Below are positions 1-12,108 of a DNA stretch of 64,000 nt, in pieces (the stretch's first letter is position 1; each line of letters opens with the position of its first letter). Under the pieces are notes generated by a model. That model was not told where the DNA came from. It worked only from the letters and a program-made list of their open reading frames with translations, and did not search any database. The stretch spans positions 3,038,001 to 3,102,000 of the forward strand of contig NC_058383.1 in NCBI RefSeq assembly GCF_018350175.1, in the 5' to 3' direction. This DNA is from Felis catus. Lineage: Eukaryota. Made by a program: the position numbers and the translations under genes.

Positions 1-1570
1 AGTTATGTATAAGAAACAGACTTCAAAAGAAAGGCAGTGAAAGGTTGAAAATAAAAGGATAGAAAAGGGGTCTCCTACACAAATAGGAACCGAGAGAAAG
101 TAGTGGCAACTTCACGGGAAGGTGAGGGAGAATGAGGGATATTACGTACTGATAAAAAGAGAGAACAAGGTGTACTCCTTGAAAATACGGGCCCTTAACA
201 ATTCAGCCTGAAAATACACGAAGCAACGTTAGAACTACAGAGAGGGAGAGAGGAAATCAGCAGTTATGGTGGGAGAGTTTTAACACTGCTCCCAGAAACC
301 TAAGCCCTGCAGTGGAGAAAATAAGCAGACATGGAGAAGAGCTGGACACTACGATTAGTAAGTCTATTAGCAATATTTCTAAAACTGTAGCATCAACAAA
401 CAGAATGTGGTTTGGGGGCTCCTATGGAATGGTTCTAGAGAGCAAACCATGTATGGTGCCATCCAGGAAGCCACGAGGGTTTCCCAAGAACGGGAGTGGT
501 ACACTTGAGGGTCCTTTGGTATTGTGCCATATGATAAGAAATTATCAGTAAATGACAGCCTCCCTCCCGATAAAACTGCTGTGGTTATGAAGTAAATAAC
601 ATACTTCTAAAGAACCCTTGGGTTGAAAGGGAAATAGAAATGATGATCTATTTAGACCTGAAAGATAATGAAGTCATGAAATGTCACAACTGTGGGATGC
701 AGTTCAAGTGATGCTTAAAGTGATTTTACAGTCTTAAGTTCATCGGTAAAGAAGAAAGGTTAAAAAGTAAGTGAGCTAAGCAGTCAACTCAAACGTTGGT
801 AAAAAAGAACAACAAAACAAGGAAACAGGAAGGAAGGAAGGAAATAAAGGTAAGTACTAAAAACAATAAAATACAGAATAATAACACTAAATGATAACAG
901 AAATTTAAGAAAATCAAGACCTGGTTCTTTGAAAGATAAGTAAGATCTCCGACAGACTGAACAATAAGAAAAAGAAATAAAAAATTAGGAAATAGCTATA
1001 GATCAAAGACATTTTCAAATGATAAAAGAATATTGGAACAAATATTATTTACTAGTAAATTTGGAGAAAAAACTAAAATTAATGTTTCCAGAAAAAATAT
1101 AAAATGTCAAGATTGCCATGAGAATAAGTGGATAACACGGTTAGAGGTCAATGTATGTCACATCAATACATGGGACATGTAGTCAGAGACCTTTCTTCCC
1201 AAAATCTCCAGAGAGAATCTTACAGATGATTTCTGGCAAACCTTTAAGAAAAACCACTTAGTATCTTTTATAGGTCTTTCCATAAAATAGAAGACAGGTC
1301 ATGATGCCCAGCTCCTAAAGCTGTTGAAGCCAGTGTCAGAAAATATATGAATGTAACATTAAAAGAACTAAGGAAAAAGTACGAAGATCTCAAATGGTGT
1401 AGCAGAAGCGATTGATGAGGTTCAACACCTGTTTGTGATTTTAGAGACACACGCAGCTGACATCTTAGGAACGGAAGGGAACTTCCTTCAGGCTACCAAC
1501 CAAAAACTGTATCAGACTACCCTGAATGGGGGTTTTGGACAATTCTCTCTATTACTGGCAAGGAGGCAAG
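1..1570 (+). mobile_element. Ancient degenerate L1 (L1M-type) ORF2 fragment
   Basis: A-rich, with decayed L1 ORF2 motifs (ctgtgggatgcag...aaagaagaaagg...aaatcaagacctggttctttgaaaga); no open frame. Confidence 0.7.
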
Positions 1571-2099
1571 CAGACCTGCTGTCTTTTGCAGTTTAGTGCA
1601 GGAAGCAAGTCCTTGCGTGTTTTCAGGCGGAAAGAGATGTAGTGGATTAGGTACTTAAGTTGTGGGAAGGGCTTGGAGGAGCAGGTTGGGGGCAGAGTTC
1701 AAGATCACCCCACAGTAGTTATGGTCCAGAGGGCAAGAGGCTGTTGTTGCTGCTGCCACTTTCCTGACGATTTGCCTTTGACCCCTGCAAGCAGATAATT
1801 AGACGCCCAGGTGGAGACCCTGGCCTGAGACACACGACTCCCCAGCTGGCTTTCCAGCACCCACTACAGCAGGGGCGTCCTCTGCGTTGCCTCCCTCTTG
1901 CACATCTCTTGAGAGGGCCCCTCCAGTGGCAGATCCCAAGTTCATTCACAACTTAGCTTCAAAGAAGCCTGAGAAACGTAGCTGTATTCCAGACCTATTT
2001 AGACAGAGGTAGAGTGGAATGAAGCTTGAGAGATTCGGTCAAAAGTATCCTTTATCTCTCTATCTCTGTCTGTTCTCTCACTGTCTCTTCTGGTGCTTG

Positions 2100-3380
2100 A
2101 CCTAGCACTGATGTCCCGAGGAATGCTACCCAGGAAGAAAAAGAAGTAAAAACTTAGTTTTGGAAGAAATAGATAAAATTATCATTATTTATGGACAATA
2201 AGGTCATCTTCATTAACAGACTATAATAAACTGATTGTTACAAGTAATGAGTACGGTGACATGGGGGTATATATGATCAATCGGTAAGAATCAGTGTGAT
2301 TCCTCTATTAGTAATATCCAATTACCATAAAACATATCACTCATAATAACGGAAACTATATAGTGTGAATTAAGAATGCACAATATCTCTTCAGATAAAA
2401 TATTTTAATTCTAATAGAAGATTATGTGAGTAATAGACTTTGTTTTCTTGGATGTGGTATTAAGAAGGCCTCACTCAGTTCTTCCCCAATTAACCTTTCA
2501 ATTCAATTAAATCTCTTCCAAAATTTTGTGTGTTTTTGAAGAATTTGATAAACTTCAACAAAAGCATAAAGCAGCAGGGGAAAATTGATAAATTTGATTA
2601 AGTTTTGAATATCTGTGCCCTGAAGCCATCCGTAGACAGATGGACAGGTGACAGATGGGAGATGACGTGTGTGATGTCACTACCTAGAACTGCAAGAAAC
2701 TTCCCCAAAACAGCGGATAGCAATCCTAATAGGAAAATGAGAAAGACATCCTAGCTTCTATTTCATAACAGAGCAAACCCAGAAGGCTAGCCAGCATATG
2801 AGGAAATCACCAAACTCATTAGTAATCAGAGTAATGAGAATTGAAGCAACAATGTGATAATCACTATTAAACTAGTAATCATTAGAAAGCTGAAAAATGA
2901 GTAAAGGAATTCGCATACACTAATAGTGGCAATGCAGACTCTTTCGGCTACAGTGGAGGACAGTCTGGAAGTTCTTAATCAAACTAGGAACACAGGCTCT
3001 GGTTCAGCATTAATCTCCTGGGTATGTATCTGAGGGCGTTGTCAGTAACTGATGAATGGATGTAGAGGAGGTGTTGGTGGCAACGTGGATTTCCAGAGGC
3101 AGGAAGGAAGCTTGGGTGCCATTCTAGCAGTGCAGTTGGGTGGGGTGTCGAAGCTACATACAGCGAGTGATTGGAAACGACTCCCGGTATTGTCCACAGA
3201 GAGCCAGGTTACGTGTCACAAAACAGCAGCGTGGGGAGGAGGAAACTGAGGGAGATGTGTAGGATAACACCAGGATTCATTTGAGTTAAATGTGCATGTG
3301 CACAGAACAATATGTATTTTTAAGAGCACATTCAAAAAAGAGAGACCCAACAAAGCACGTTAGATGGTCTCAGGGTTCTA
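2100..3380 (+). mobile_element. Ancient L1 ORF2/3' fragment, probably continuing the element at 1-1570
   Basis: Decayed motifs such as aaaattatcattatttatggacaata, ctcattagtaatcagagtaatgagaattgaagcaacaatg, cagcattaatctcctgggtatgtatc. Confidence 0.6.
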
Positions 3381-3386
3381 AGGAGC

Positions 3387-3422
3387 GGTGCAATGAACAT
3401 CTTTGGTGCAATGAACATCTTT
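3387..3422. repeat. Perfect 18-bp tandem duplication (ggtgcaatgaacatcttt x2)
   Basis: Read directly from the sequence. Confidence 0.95.
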
Positions 3423-3479
3423 GCGTGGATTTATCTGGTCTCGTTCCAGGTTATCTGCCTAGAGAGGGAGAGTGGTGTT

Positions 3480-3635
3480 CTGCAGTTTGCTGACTGTGTG
3501 ACCTCAGGCAAGACCTCTGTTCCTCCGTGCCTGACTTTTACATGGGCTCTGAGAATTAAGGGACTTGAACCTGTAACAGGATCTTAAGAACGCCTGGCAT
3601 ATGATAAATGCTCAGTAAATGGTCGCTGTCACTAT
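3480..3635 (+). mobile_element. MIR SINE fragment
   Basis: ctgtgtgacctcaggcaag core and gcctggcatatgataaatgctcagtaaatg tail. Confidence 0.7.
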
Positions 3636-3771
3636 AGGGTTGTTCGTGGAAACAGAGCATGGCTTAACTGGTACAAACCTTTTTTTAAAAGGTGTATCAA
3701 TTCATTTGTTCATTCAGCAAATATTCATTGAATGTCCAGAGTATGTCTTGGCATTTAGAAAAGGTAGGTAA

Positions 3772-3977
3772 GGGGCACCTGGGTGGCTCAGTCAGGTAAT
3801 CATCAGGTAACTGACTTTGGCTCAGGTCATGATCTTGTGGTTTGTGAGTTCAAGCCCTGTGTCGGGGCTTTGTGCTGGTAGTGCGGGAGCCTGGTTGGGA
3901 TTCTCTCTCTCCCTCTATCTCTGCACCCCCCCCCCCCCACAGTGCACACTCTTTCTCTCAAAATAAATAAACTTAAA
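3772..3977 (+). mobile_element. CanSINE (tRNA-derived carnivore SINE)
   Basis: ggggcacctgggtggctcagtc head, (CT)n region, aataaa tail; imperfect TSD agaaaaggtaggtaa / agaaaaagtaggcaa. Confidence 0.95.
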
Positions 3978-5082
3978 GAAAAAGTAGGCAAAAATCCTTG
4001 CCTTGGTGGAACTAAACAAACAAAAACAAATATGTTACACGGTAGAATGTCTTAGAGATCACCATGTAAAACCATGCTTCGTTTCCATGGTGTGCTGATT
4101 CAGATGTGCTCAGCATCTGGGTCATTTACCCACCTTTTCATTCTACGTGTTTTCAATAGAGTGGCTGTTAAGAGATTTGTTGTTTAAATCGCTGTCACTA
4201 ATGATAATGTATGGATCACTTCATTTACTGTATTAATCTTTGTTAGGTACCTTAGACTCTGATTCGCTGTCCCTAACTTCCCTCCAGATGAAAATGTTTT
4301 CCTTCGCTCCCATGACTCCATACCTCTCTGTGAGACGAGTAATCACCACTGCTTTTTGTATAGAGTATACATATGTTTTTCCTCATTCTACTTCACATTC
4401 TTTTGGTCAGGGACTATGGGTAGTTCATCTGTGAGTCCCTAAAATGATTAACATTCAAGGAGTTTTTGTCTAGTTGAATTTTGACCTTTTCCTCTGGTGT
4501 CCTTTGGGCTTCTTGTATGCATTCAGTGACCCTCAAGTTTTTTCTTTACCACAGCCAAAGGACCTCAGAAATGACTTGTACCAGCAGTCTTTGGTAAAGA
4601 GCAGACTGTTGGCAGACCTAGCCTTTGTCATTAATGACACTACCTTTGGTGACATACCTTTGGTGACTCCACCTTTAGCAGACTCCCTGATAGGAGGTGG
4701 TTTTCTCTGGCATTGACTCACCTTGGGTCATCTGTGATGGCTGTTGTTGACCACCTGATCCCTTCAGATGATCACTGGCTCTTCAGATGGCAGTGAGGTC
4801 TGCTCCATCTTCGGGCGCACATAGCCATTTTATGTTGTTAGTAAACAAAGTATTTTCCCAAAGGAATTATAGACAAATTGATTTAGCATCTTTTTTCATT
4901 ATACAGATGAACATTTATTCTGAGTTTAACTGCTCTCATTTATTATTGAATACTTAGCATGGCATGTTTTTTCTACACGTCACTATCAATGGTTCTTTAG
5001 ACCTTAATTTTCTCATTTGAAAAATTAATGAGTTGGTATTTTTTATATTTATTTACTCATTTAAAATTTATATCTTGCTTAG

Positions 5083-5293
5083 TTTTTTTTTAATGTTTAT
5101 TTTAGAGAGAGAACTAGCATGGGCGGGGGAGGCTCAGAGAGAGAGCGAGCGATAGAGAGAGCAAACGAGCGCATGGGGGAGGACAGAGGATCCGAAGCAG
5201 GCTCCATGCTGACAGCAGAGTCCCATGCGGGGCTCAGACTCACGAACCATGGAATCACGAGCTGAGCTGAAGTTGGATGGCTAATTGAGGCAC
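5083..5293 (-). mobile_element. CanSINE
   Basis: Poly-T, aatgtttat, (GA)n and reverse-complement tRNA head; TSD tcttgctta at 5073-5081 and 5294-5302. Confidence 0.93.
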
Positions 5294-8200
5294 TCTTGCT
5301 TACTTGAAAAATGCTGGTGACAGTGATACAGAGTACAAAAAAATACATCAGTTAGAAGTCACAAGAACAAGAAAAAACAAGAGTAGGCCCACAAGCTAGG
5401 ACCTGATGTGAGGCCGATAGAGAGATGCGGAGACTAGGTCCTTTGCCATGAAAGTTCCTGATTTTCGTGATAACAGTGCCTAGCAGCCACCAGGAAAAGG
5501 GAATCCCCAGCCAGTGTTCTCATCCCAAAGCCTCGTTAGATAAAGCAAATTCTTTGTTTCAGAGAAGCACAGTCACTCATGATGCTGGGACAAGAGGGTA
5601 GTTTTCGTGGGAAGTTTGATGTAGAGGACACTGCTTTCATGAGCAGTGTCCCAATTATAAGGCCTTATGAGGTTCCTCAAAGGGCTGCCTGTCCATGTGG
5701 GCAGTGAGGTGGCCCTGACGTGGGAGCCAGGACCAGAAGTGAAGACCTTTCTCTTGATGACAGCTCAGCGATCCCAAGAGGGGAGGCACAGTGTCTCTGC
5801 CCCTGGGAGTCATTGGCCTCTGCTTTGCACTTATTGAAGGAAACTTCATCTTTGAACTTGGCCGTCCTGCCTTACACATGTGTTACTTTTGGAGGAAGAA
5901 TTTGACCTTAAACTTGTTCATGTCTGTCCTTTGTGACATGCGGTTAAGACTTGGTGGCACCGACTATCTTACTGGGAAGTGTGTCCCTCGGTGTGTCTTA
6001 AGTGTGAGAAACCACCATTTTCTTTTGCTGCTGCTTGGCTGAGCCTCAGAATGTCTGTAACTGTGGCCTTAGAACCATCACTGACCATCATTTCCCGCTA
6101 ATTGCTGTCTTTTCCTCACAGTCCTAAACCCGGCACCACAGCTCCATCCTTTGAGAGACGTGGGGCCAGAAGCCTTTGCGCTTTGTTCTCGGTGTAGTAG
6201 CAGCGTCCAGGTGGTTTGGAACAAGCCTCGAGTTGCCGCTTTGGTATCACCCAACTAATGGTTCCCGTTCCCCAAGCCACTGTCTTCCTCTCACTGGATG
6301 GTGAGGATTCCCATTTAATCCATCGCTCTCAAACTCTGCCTTATCTGGAGACACTTCTTGTTTTCTAATGATACTTTTGTTTATAACAACATGATCAGTA
6401 ACTCACGTCATAGTCGACAGATGGTAGTGGTCTGGTCTCGTCCCCCTGCTTGGCTTGCAGAGGCAGGCGCGGGCGGGTGTGACTTGCACGGATGGGTCCC
6501 CAGAGGCATTTCAAGCTTCGTGCCATAAAGTGCATTCTTTTAACACAAATTAATATTCTTTATTTTGTTCAGTGATTTTTGTCAATCCACAAATGCCTGG
6601 AATGCATTTTGCTTGCTTGCTTTTCATGCATGCTTCTTTAATCTATGGTGATTTATGTGTTTATCATTTGTAGTCAGAATTTCCCTGTCAGAGTATGTAC
6701 GGAGACATTTGTACTTAAAGCACATAGATCTGTTTTAAGTTTTCCCAAGTAGCTAATATTTTGTATTTTTTCTCCACTATATTTGTTTAATGAAATTAGG
6801 ATCTTCCTAGTGGAATGTTTATTTTTGATACTGGAGTTAAGTGCCCTGTGGTATTTGATTTAGAGTTGGGTTACTGAAGTTGATGGTTTACTTAAATGTG
6901 ACAGGTGGAGTTTCTCTCTCTGTATATACAAATATATTTTATATTTCATATTACCCGTGTTTGTATACGGCTGTTTTATATTATCAATCTGCAAAATCTT
7001 GTTTGTAATGTTATTGGTGTTATTCTAGGCTATCTTTGTTGTTAATGAAATAACTTTTTCTTTTAGAGTTTGTTATGCGGGAATTCCCAAGTACAGTTTT
7101 TGAAAAGTTATTGTTAGCTCATCCAAAACCCCTTGTAAAAAAATCAACTCGGAGAAACGTGAGGCGCTCATGGAACACAGCTTTCTTGGTGATCAGATTT
7201 TTAACTCGGACAAGCAGTTTCTACCGTGAGTTACAAGGAAGTGTCAAGTGACCTGTTTTCTTAATGTCAAGTTAAATCTGCTGTATTTTTTAAGCTAATT
7301 GGTAAGCCTCTGCCTCTCCCTCTCCCTTAAAAAGCCCTCAGTCATTTTCTTCTTCTTCTCTTATTCCTTTCTCTTACCTAAATTACTCACTTGCTATCCT
7401 ATTAGGAAAATCCTCAAAATCTCCTTATCGAACGTCTAAATACACAGGATTAATTGGCTAACTACCATTGCCTAACCATCAAAGGAAGGGCAGTGACCTG
7501 TTAAATTAAACTTTCAGATCAGCAAGAAGTGACTGATTTTTTTTTTAATTCAATTCAATGCATATCTACTGGGTATTTACTATCAGAATACTACGGATGA
7601 TAGGAAAACTGATAAGTCAACAGTTCGTAATTTCAAGTAACTTACATTCTTTTTTCTGTTCCTTTGACAGACCTTTAATTTGTTTAATCGTATCTCATGA
7701 ACTTTTGTAAAGTAAGCGATTTTTAATTTATGACCGTCCAAAGCAAGAACGCCTCATCGCAGAGGATGTGGGATTAGTATCTTCTAGACCTTCAGGACGA
7801 GAGTAGAGAGATCGTGTTCTTAATGGGTGTCTAAACCTGGGCTTGGCACAGGCGTCGGTGATTTGGGCTCCAAGAGGGAGACATTCTTCCCGAGCAAGGA
7901 AGTCAGACACCACCTCCTTCAGCTGGTTACACCGGCACACGTGGAGCGCTGGATTTTCCCACCGTTTTTATCGTGTTCCTGCCTGGCTGGCCAGTCCACA
8001 TAGTTGGTTTCTGGCTTCTCTTCTCGTGTTTAATCAAAGCGTCCAGCCTCTGTTAGTCACCTCATTTGCCGTATTTTAAGGGGATTGACAGAAGGGGCTG
8101 AAGAAAGCATAGCCTCCTGCTAGATGGACCGACATGTTGCCTGCCCCGTATCTGACTGGACTCATCCCTCCCGTGTGTTCTAGAAAGACACAGATCACTG

Positions 8201-8374
8201 ATTGACCCTAGGGGAGACCACTGGAATGTGCCAGAAAGAGCGTGGATTAAATAAGCCAGACATACAAAAGGGCCTCGTAAATGCCTCACAGTGCACGCGT
8301 TCTATAAATGGTGGATTCTATTATTCTCTTACTAGTTTTTATCCTGACAGACTTTGTTGAGAGAAGGCGGACAG

Positions 8375-8560
8375 CCATTCATCGGTGGCTGTTTATCCAG
8401 TACCTGTTTTTGTGAAGGGCATGATAGTGGGTATAGAGGATTTAATTGTGAACTAGACAGATGTCCTCAGTGCCCCCATAGAACTTTTAGTTATTTGGGG
8501 CATTCAGGCAAGGGCACGGGCTAAGCCGCGTGTAAGTGTGATAGTGATGAAGTGCAAGGT
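8375..8560 (-). mobile_element. L2 3'-end fragment
   Basis: cattcatc...tttatccagtacctg...gacagatgtcctcagtgcccccatagaacttttag, typical reverse L2 tail. Confidence 0.6.
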
Positions 8561-8599
8561 GCAACGGGCGTGTGTTCTCCGGAACTAGGACTACAGGAG

Positions 8600-9238
8600 T
8601 GATGAGGGAGCGTAAGGCAGGCTGGGGGCCCAACACGAGCTAGCACCCTCCCCCCGCCCCCCCACGACGAGTGGGATGTGTGTGACATTCCTCAGGCTCT
8701 CCCGGCTGCCCGAGGACAAAGGAAAGGAAAAAAAAATGGCTGATAGAGATCACAGTCATGCAGGACATGAGCCTCCATCAGTTTACAAATATCTTAGTAA
8801 ATTACAAGAAAAAGGCAATCTTATCAATAGCCTAATCTCCAGAGACCTATAGACTCTGTTTCCTGGAGCCTCAACATCACTTTCCCCTCCATAGATGGGG
8901 GGAACAAAGGCCAGAAGGAAATGGCAGGTGAAATTAAATTTCCTTATGACCTGCAGCCTGTTGACAAATAACTTGCAGCAAATACAGAGTAGAACATTTC
9001 TCCAGGAACCCCCTACTGTCTTAAAGTTAATGTCTTACTAGAGGGAAAACCACCTTAGCTTGACATTAGTGAAGCCTCAGGTATCTCAGGAGTCCTCTGT
9101 AGCACATCACAGTCCCTCAGGAGGCCTCTCTTTTGTCCTTACCCACCCCCCTCCCCCAACTGCATGGTATAGAAGAAGCCACTCTTTACAACCTCAGTGC
9201 AGCTCTTCCTGCCCACAAGTCCTGCCCACCGGCCCACA
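8600..9238 (+). mobile_element. ERV LTR (carnivore-type, probably ERV1 class), 3'-truncated
   Basis: Starts TG (tgatgagggagcgtaaggcagg); aligns by eye with the reverse complement of 9891-10409 at its 5' end and around the tatagaa..gccactct..cagctct motif; similarity stops before the poly(A)-signal region. Confidence 0.8.
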
Positions 9239-9890
9239 GGAGGACTGGCCTGTGTTCCCAACTAGGGCTACAGGAGGGCCCCGTTGACAGGTGGAAGCTG
9301 GTGACAGCAGGTGAGGCAAGCAGTGTTCCCGCAGAAGCAGCCTGCTGTCTGAGCACCCGGAAGTGAGGGAGAGAACAAAGCACCCAGAACTTGTATGTGC
9401 AGCCCGGGTGTGGGACCAGGTAGGCCCCGCTCGAGCAGTGCCTTGAACCTGCTCTGAAGGAGTCTGGGCTCTATCCCAGAGCAGTGGGGGAGCTATAGAT
9501 GAAATATTGCCAGGCTCTGACAAAATCCTTCATGTAGAAAGTTTCTGAGGTCTCAGAGTGGAGGCTGGGCCAGGTTGGTGGAGTAGCCGCTATGCTGGCA
9601 GAGGCAGGGGCAGAACAGACCAGGATCCTGGAAGGGGCTGGTGCTGAGCTGCGCCTGCGAGGGCCAGAAGAGTGCAGCGACCCCAGCGACGTGGACAGTG
9701 GGACCGGTCGGTAGCTGGAGAGGTGACACGAGGGGCCCTTCTCTGCTGGGCCAGCCCTGGGGTTCCATATAGCCTTCGGTGACAGGCAGTGGGGTGGATC
9801 TGTTTGTTCTTGGGCCCGGGGAGGAACAGGTGTCAGGGAGCTGTGCCCCAGGACAGTGGATGCAGCTGCCCACTGAGGAGCAGCGGTGCT

Positions 9891-10409
9891 TGATGAGGTT
9901 TTGGGGTGATGGTGGGGTTTGGAGCCAACGGCCAAGAAAGAATTCTTGAAGACATCTTTGGTGCAAAAAGGTGATTTTGTTAAAGCACGGGACAGAAAGA
10001 GCTGCCCTGGGGTTGTGAAGAGTGGCTGGTTCTATACTATGGGGGTGGGGGAGATAAAGTCAAGAGGAAGTTTCCTAAAGGAGTTTCCACATACTAAAAA
10101 AGACTCCCAGATTCCTGGAGGCCCAGCTCTTGTCAGGCTAAGGAGGTTTTCCCCTCTAGCAAAGCATGATCATCAAGACAGTAGGGAATTCCTGAACTTT
10201 AGGCTTTGATGAGATTGCCCTTTTTTTGTAATTGTGCTAAGATCTTTGTAAAATGACGGAGACTCTTATCAAATGAACCATTTGTTTTCTGTCCTTTCCT
10301 TTGTCCTTGGGCAGTCAGAAGTGTCCGAGGAACATCACACATGTCCCAGTGGGGGGTGGGGTGTGCTAGCTTGTGCTTCGTCCTCAGCTTGCCTTATGCT
10401 GCCTCCTCA
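9891..10409 (-). mobile_element. Solo ERV LTR, related to 8600-9238
   Basis: TG...CA termini (tgatgagg ... cctcctca) and an exact 5-bp TSD gtgct (9886-9890, 10410-10414). Confidence 0.88.
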
Positions 10410-11719
10410 GTGCTCCCAGGAGGACACAGTGGCATTGTCTTCCTTTGCACCCAGAGCCTGGTTAGGGAGCGCTTTGTCCAAAGCCAGCTTTTGAAGAGAA
10501 GGAACAATGATCAAATGATCCTCCCCAGGGGTTGGGTGGGTTATCAAGATTAGCTCTGGGCCAAAGCTAACTAAACAATGAAGGTTTTCTGGGAACTGGG
10601 CTGTGTTCCTGTGCTGGGGCCAGGTGCCCATTGTGATTTCTGTTCTGTTCTAGGGCTCAACTGGGGTCCTTGAAGCCTCTGTTGTTCTTTCCATTTTCCG
10701 CTCTCTCATTCCAGTGCTCATCAAGACAGGAGAAGGAGAAGAGGAGGGGAGGAGAGCAGGGAGGGAGGAAGAAAGGAAGGAAACCTGAGTGTGTGATTAT
10801 GCCAGACCTGAACACTATGTTTTGTTTGGTTTTCTGACAGGTTCTTCAATCCTGCGTGCATTTGTTGATTACTTATTAAAGGCAGGGCTGTATTTGAGGC
10901 ATCATTTTTGGCAGAGTTGGTGTTTTCGCTGGTTCTGAAGATAGGGCAGGAGTCCCAATGGTTTACTGTGACGATGTGGATAGGCTGGCTTTGCAGCTGA
11001 GGCCCAGCAGTCCTTCCAAAGCCGACTAGGTAGTCCCTGATTTCATTTGACCTGCTACATGCATTGACATTTCTGCTGTTGTTAACTGATGCCAGACCTG
11101 CGTTTCAGTAACCAGTGGGGCCCGTGTTCTTGTTGCCAGAGTGTATAAACTTGGGAGGTATCCCCAGCCTCCTTCCCACACCCCTGACTTTGGTGAGTGC
11201 TGCGTGCAGGGTGGCTGCCATTTGCACGGTGACTTCCGCACACCCCTCCCCGCCACACAAGCGTTCCGTGCGGCTGAAGTCAGGTGTAGAGAAATGGTGG
11301 CAACACGGCCCTGCCTGGCTTCCTGAAGCTCAGAAGGAAAACAGTGCATTTAAAGGTAAGAAGCATACTCGGTGCCAAACCAAATAAAGGAATAAAGGAA
11401 CAAGTGATAACAAGGGGAAAGTTGGGAAGAAAACCTCCTGGAACAAGGACGTTAGAGTTTCCGGATTAAGAAAAGAAGTAACTGACAGGCTCACAAATTA
11501 ACCATGTAAAAGGCACTTCCTCTGAACTGTAGATGTATGGGTGTGAGCTGTCATGTTAGGGCCGCTTGGTGTATCCAAATGCAAGGGAGTAATTCTCTTA
11601 AGTGTCTCCTTCCAGCCCCTTCCAGTTGTCGAGTTACTACTGCTTTGCTCTCATGAGGAGCCAGAGAAACCTCCTTTGCTTCTCAGAAGACCAGCCCTAA
11701 TAGGGTTTGAACTGACATC

Positions 11720-12108
11720 TGTGTTTGTCTGCTTGGACCATCCTTAACAAAATACCGTAGACTGAGGCAGGCATGGCTTAAACAACAGAAATGTATTTCT
11801 CACAGTTTTGGAGGCTGTAAGGCCAAGATCAGAGTGCTGGCCAGTTTGGTTTCTGGTGAGAGCTCTCTTCGTGGGTTACCCACATCCATCTCCTTGCTCT
11901 GTTACACGTGGTGGGGAAAGAGAGGAGAGAGAACACTCTGGAGTCTCTTCCTATAAGGGCATTAATCCCAGCAGGAGGGCCCCAGTCTCATGACTCAGCC
12001 TAATCCCAATTATCCCCCAAAGCCTCATTTCCAAATACCATCTCCTTGGGGGTTAGGGCTTCCGCATGTCAATTTTCAGAGGACAGAAACATTCAGTCCA
12101 GACCAACA
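11720..12108 (-). mobile_element. MaLR LTR (MLT1A-like)
   Basis: ggcttaaacaacagaaatgtatttctcacagttttggaggctg...aaggccaagatc; gtctcttcctataagggcattaatccc; ggggttagggcttc...aacattcagtcca; TG...CA ends. Confidence 0.88.

Noticed and set aside
3772..3860. tRNA-like A/B box sequences
   Set aside because: These are tRNA-derived CanSINE heads followed by CT tracts, A tails and TSDs; no real tRNA gene is supported.
8600..10409. An intact provirus between two LTRs
   Set aside because: The LTRs are inverted, the second has its own TSD, and no primer-binding site or gag/pol/env sequence is visible between them.
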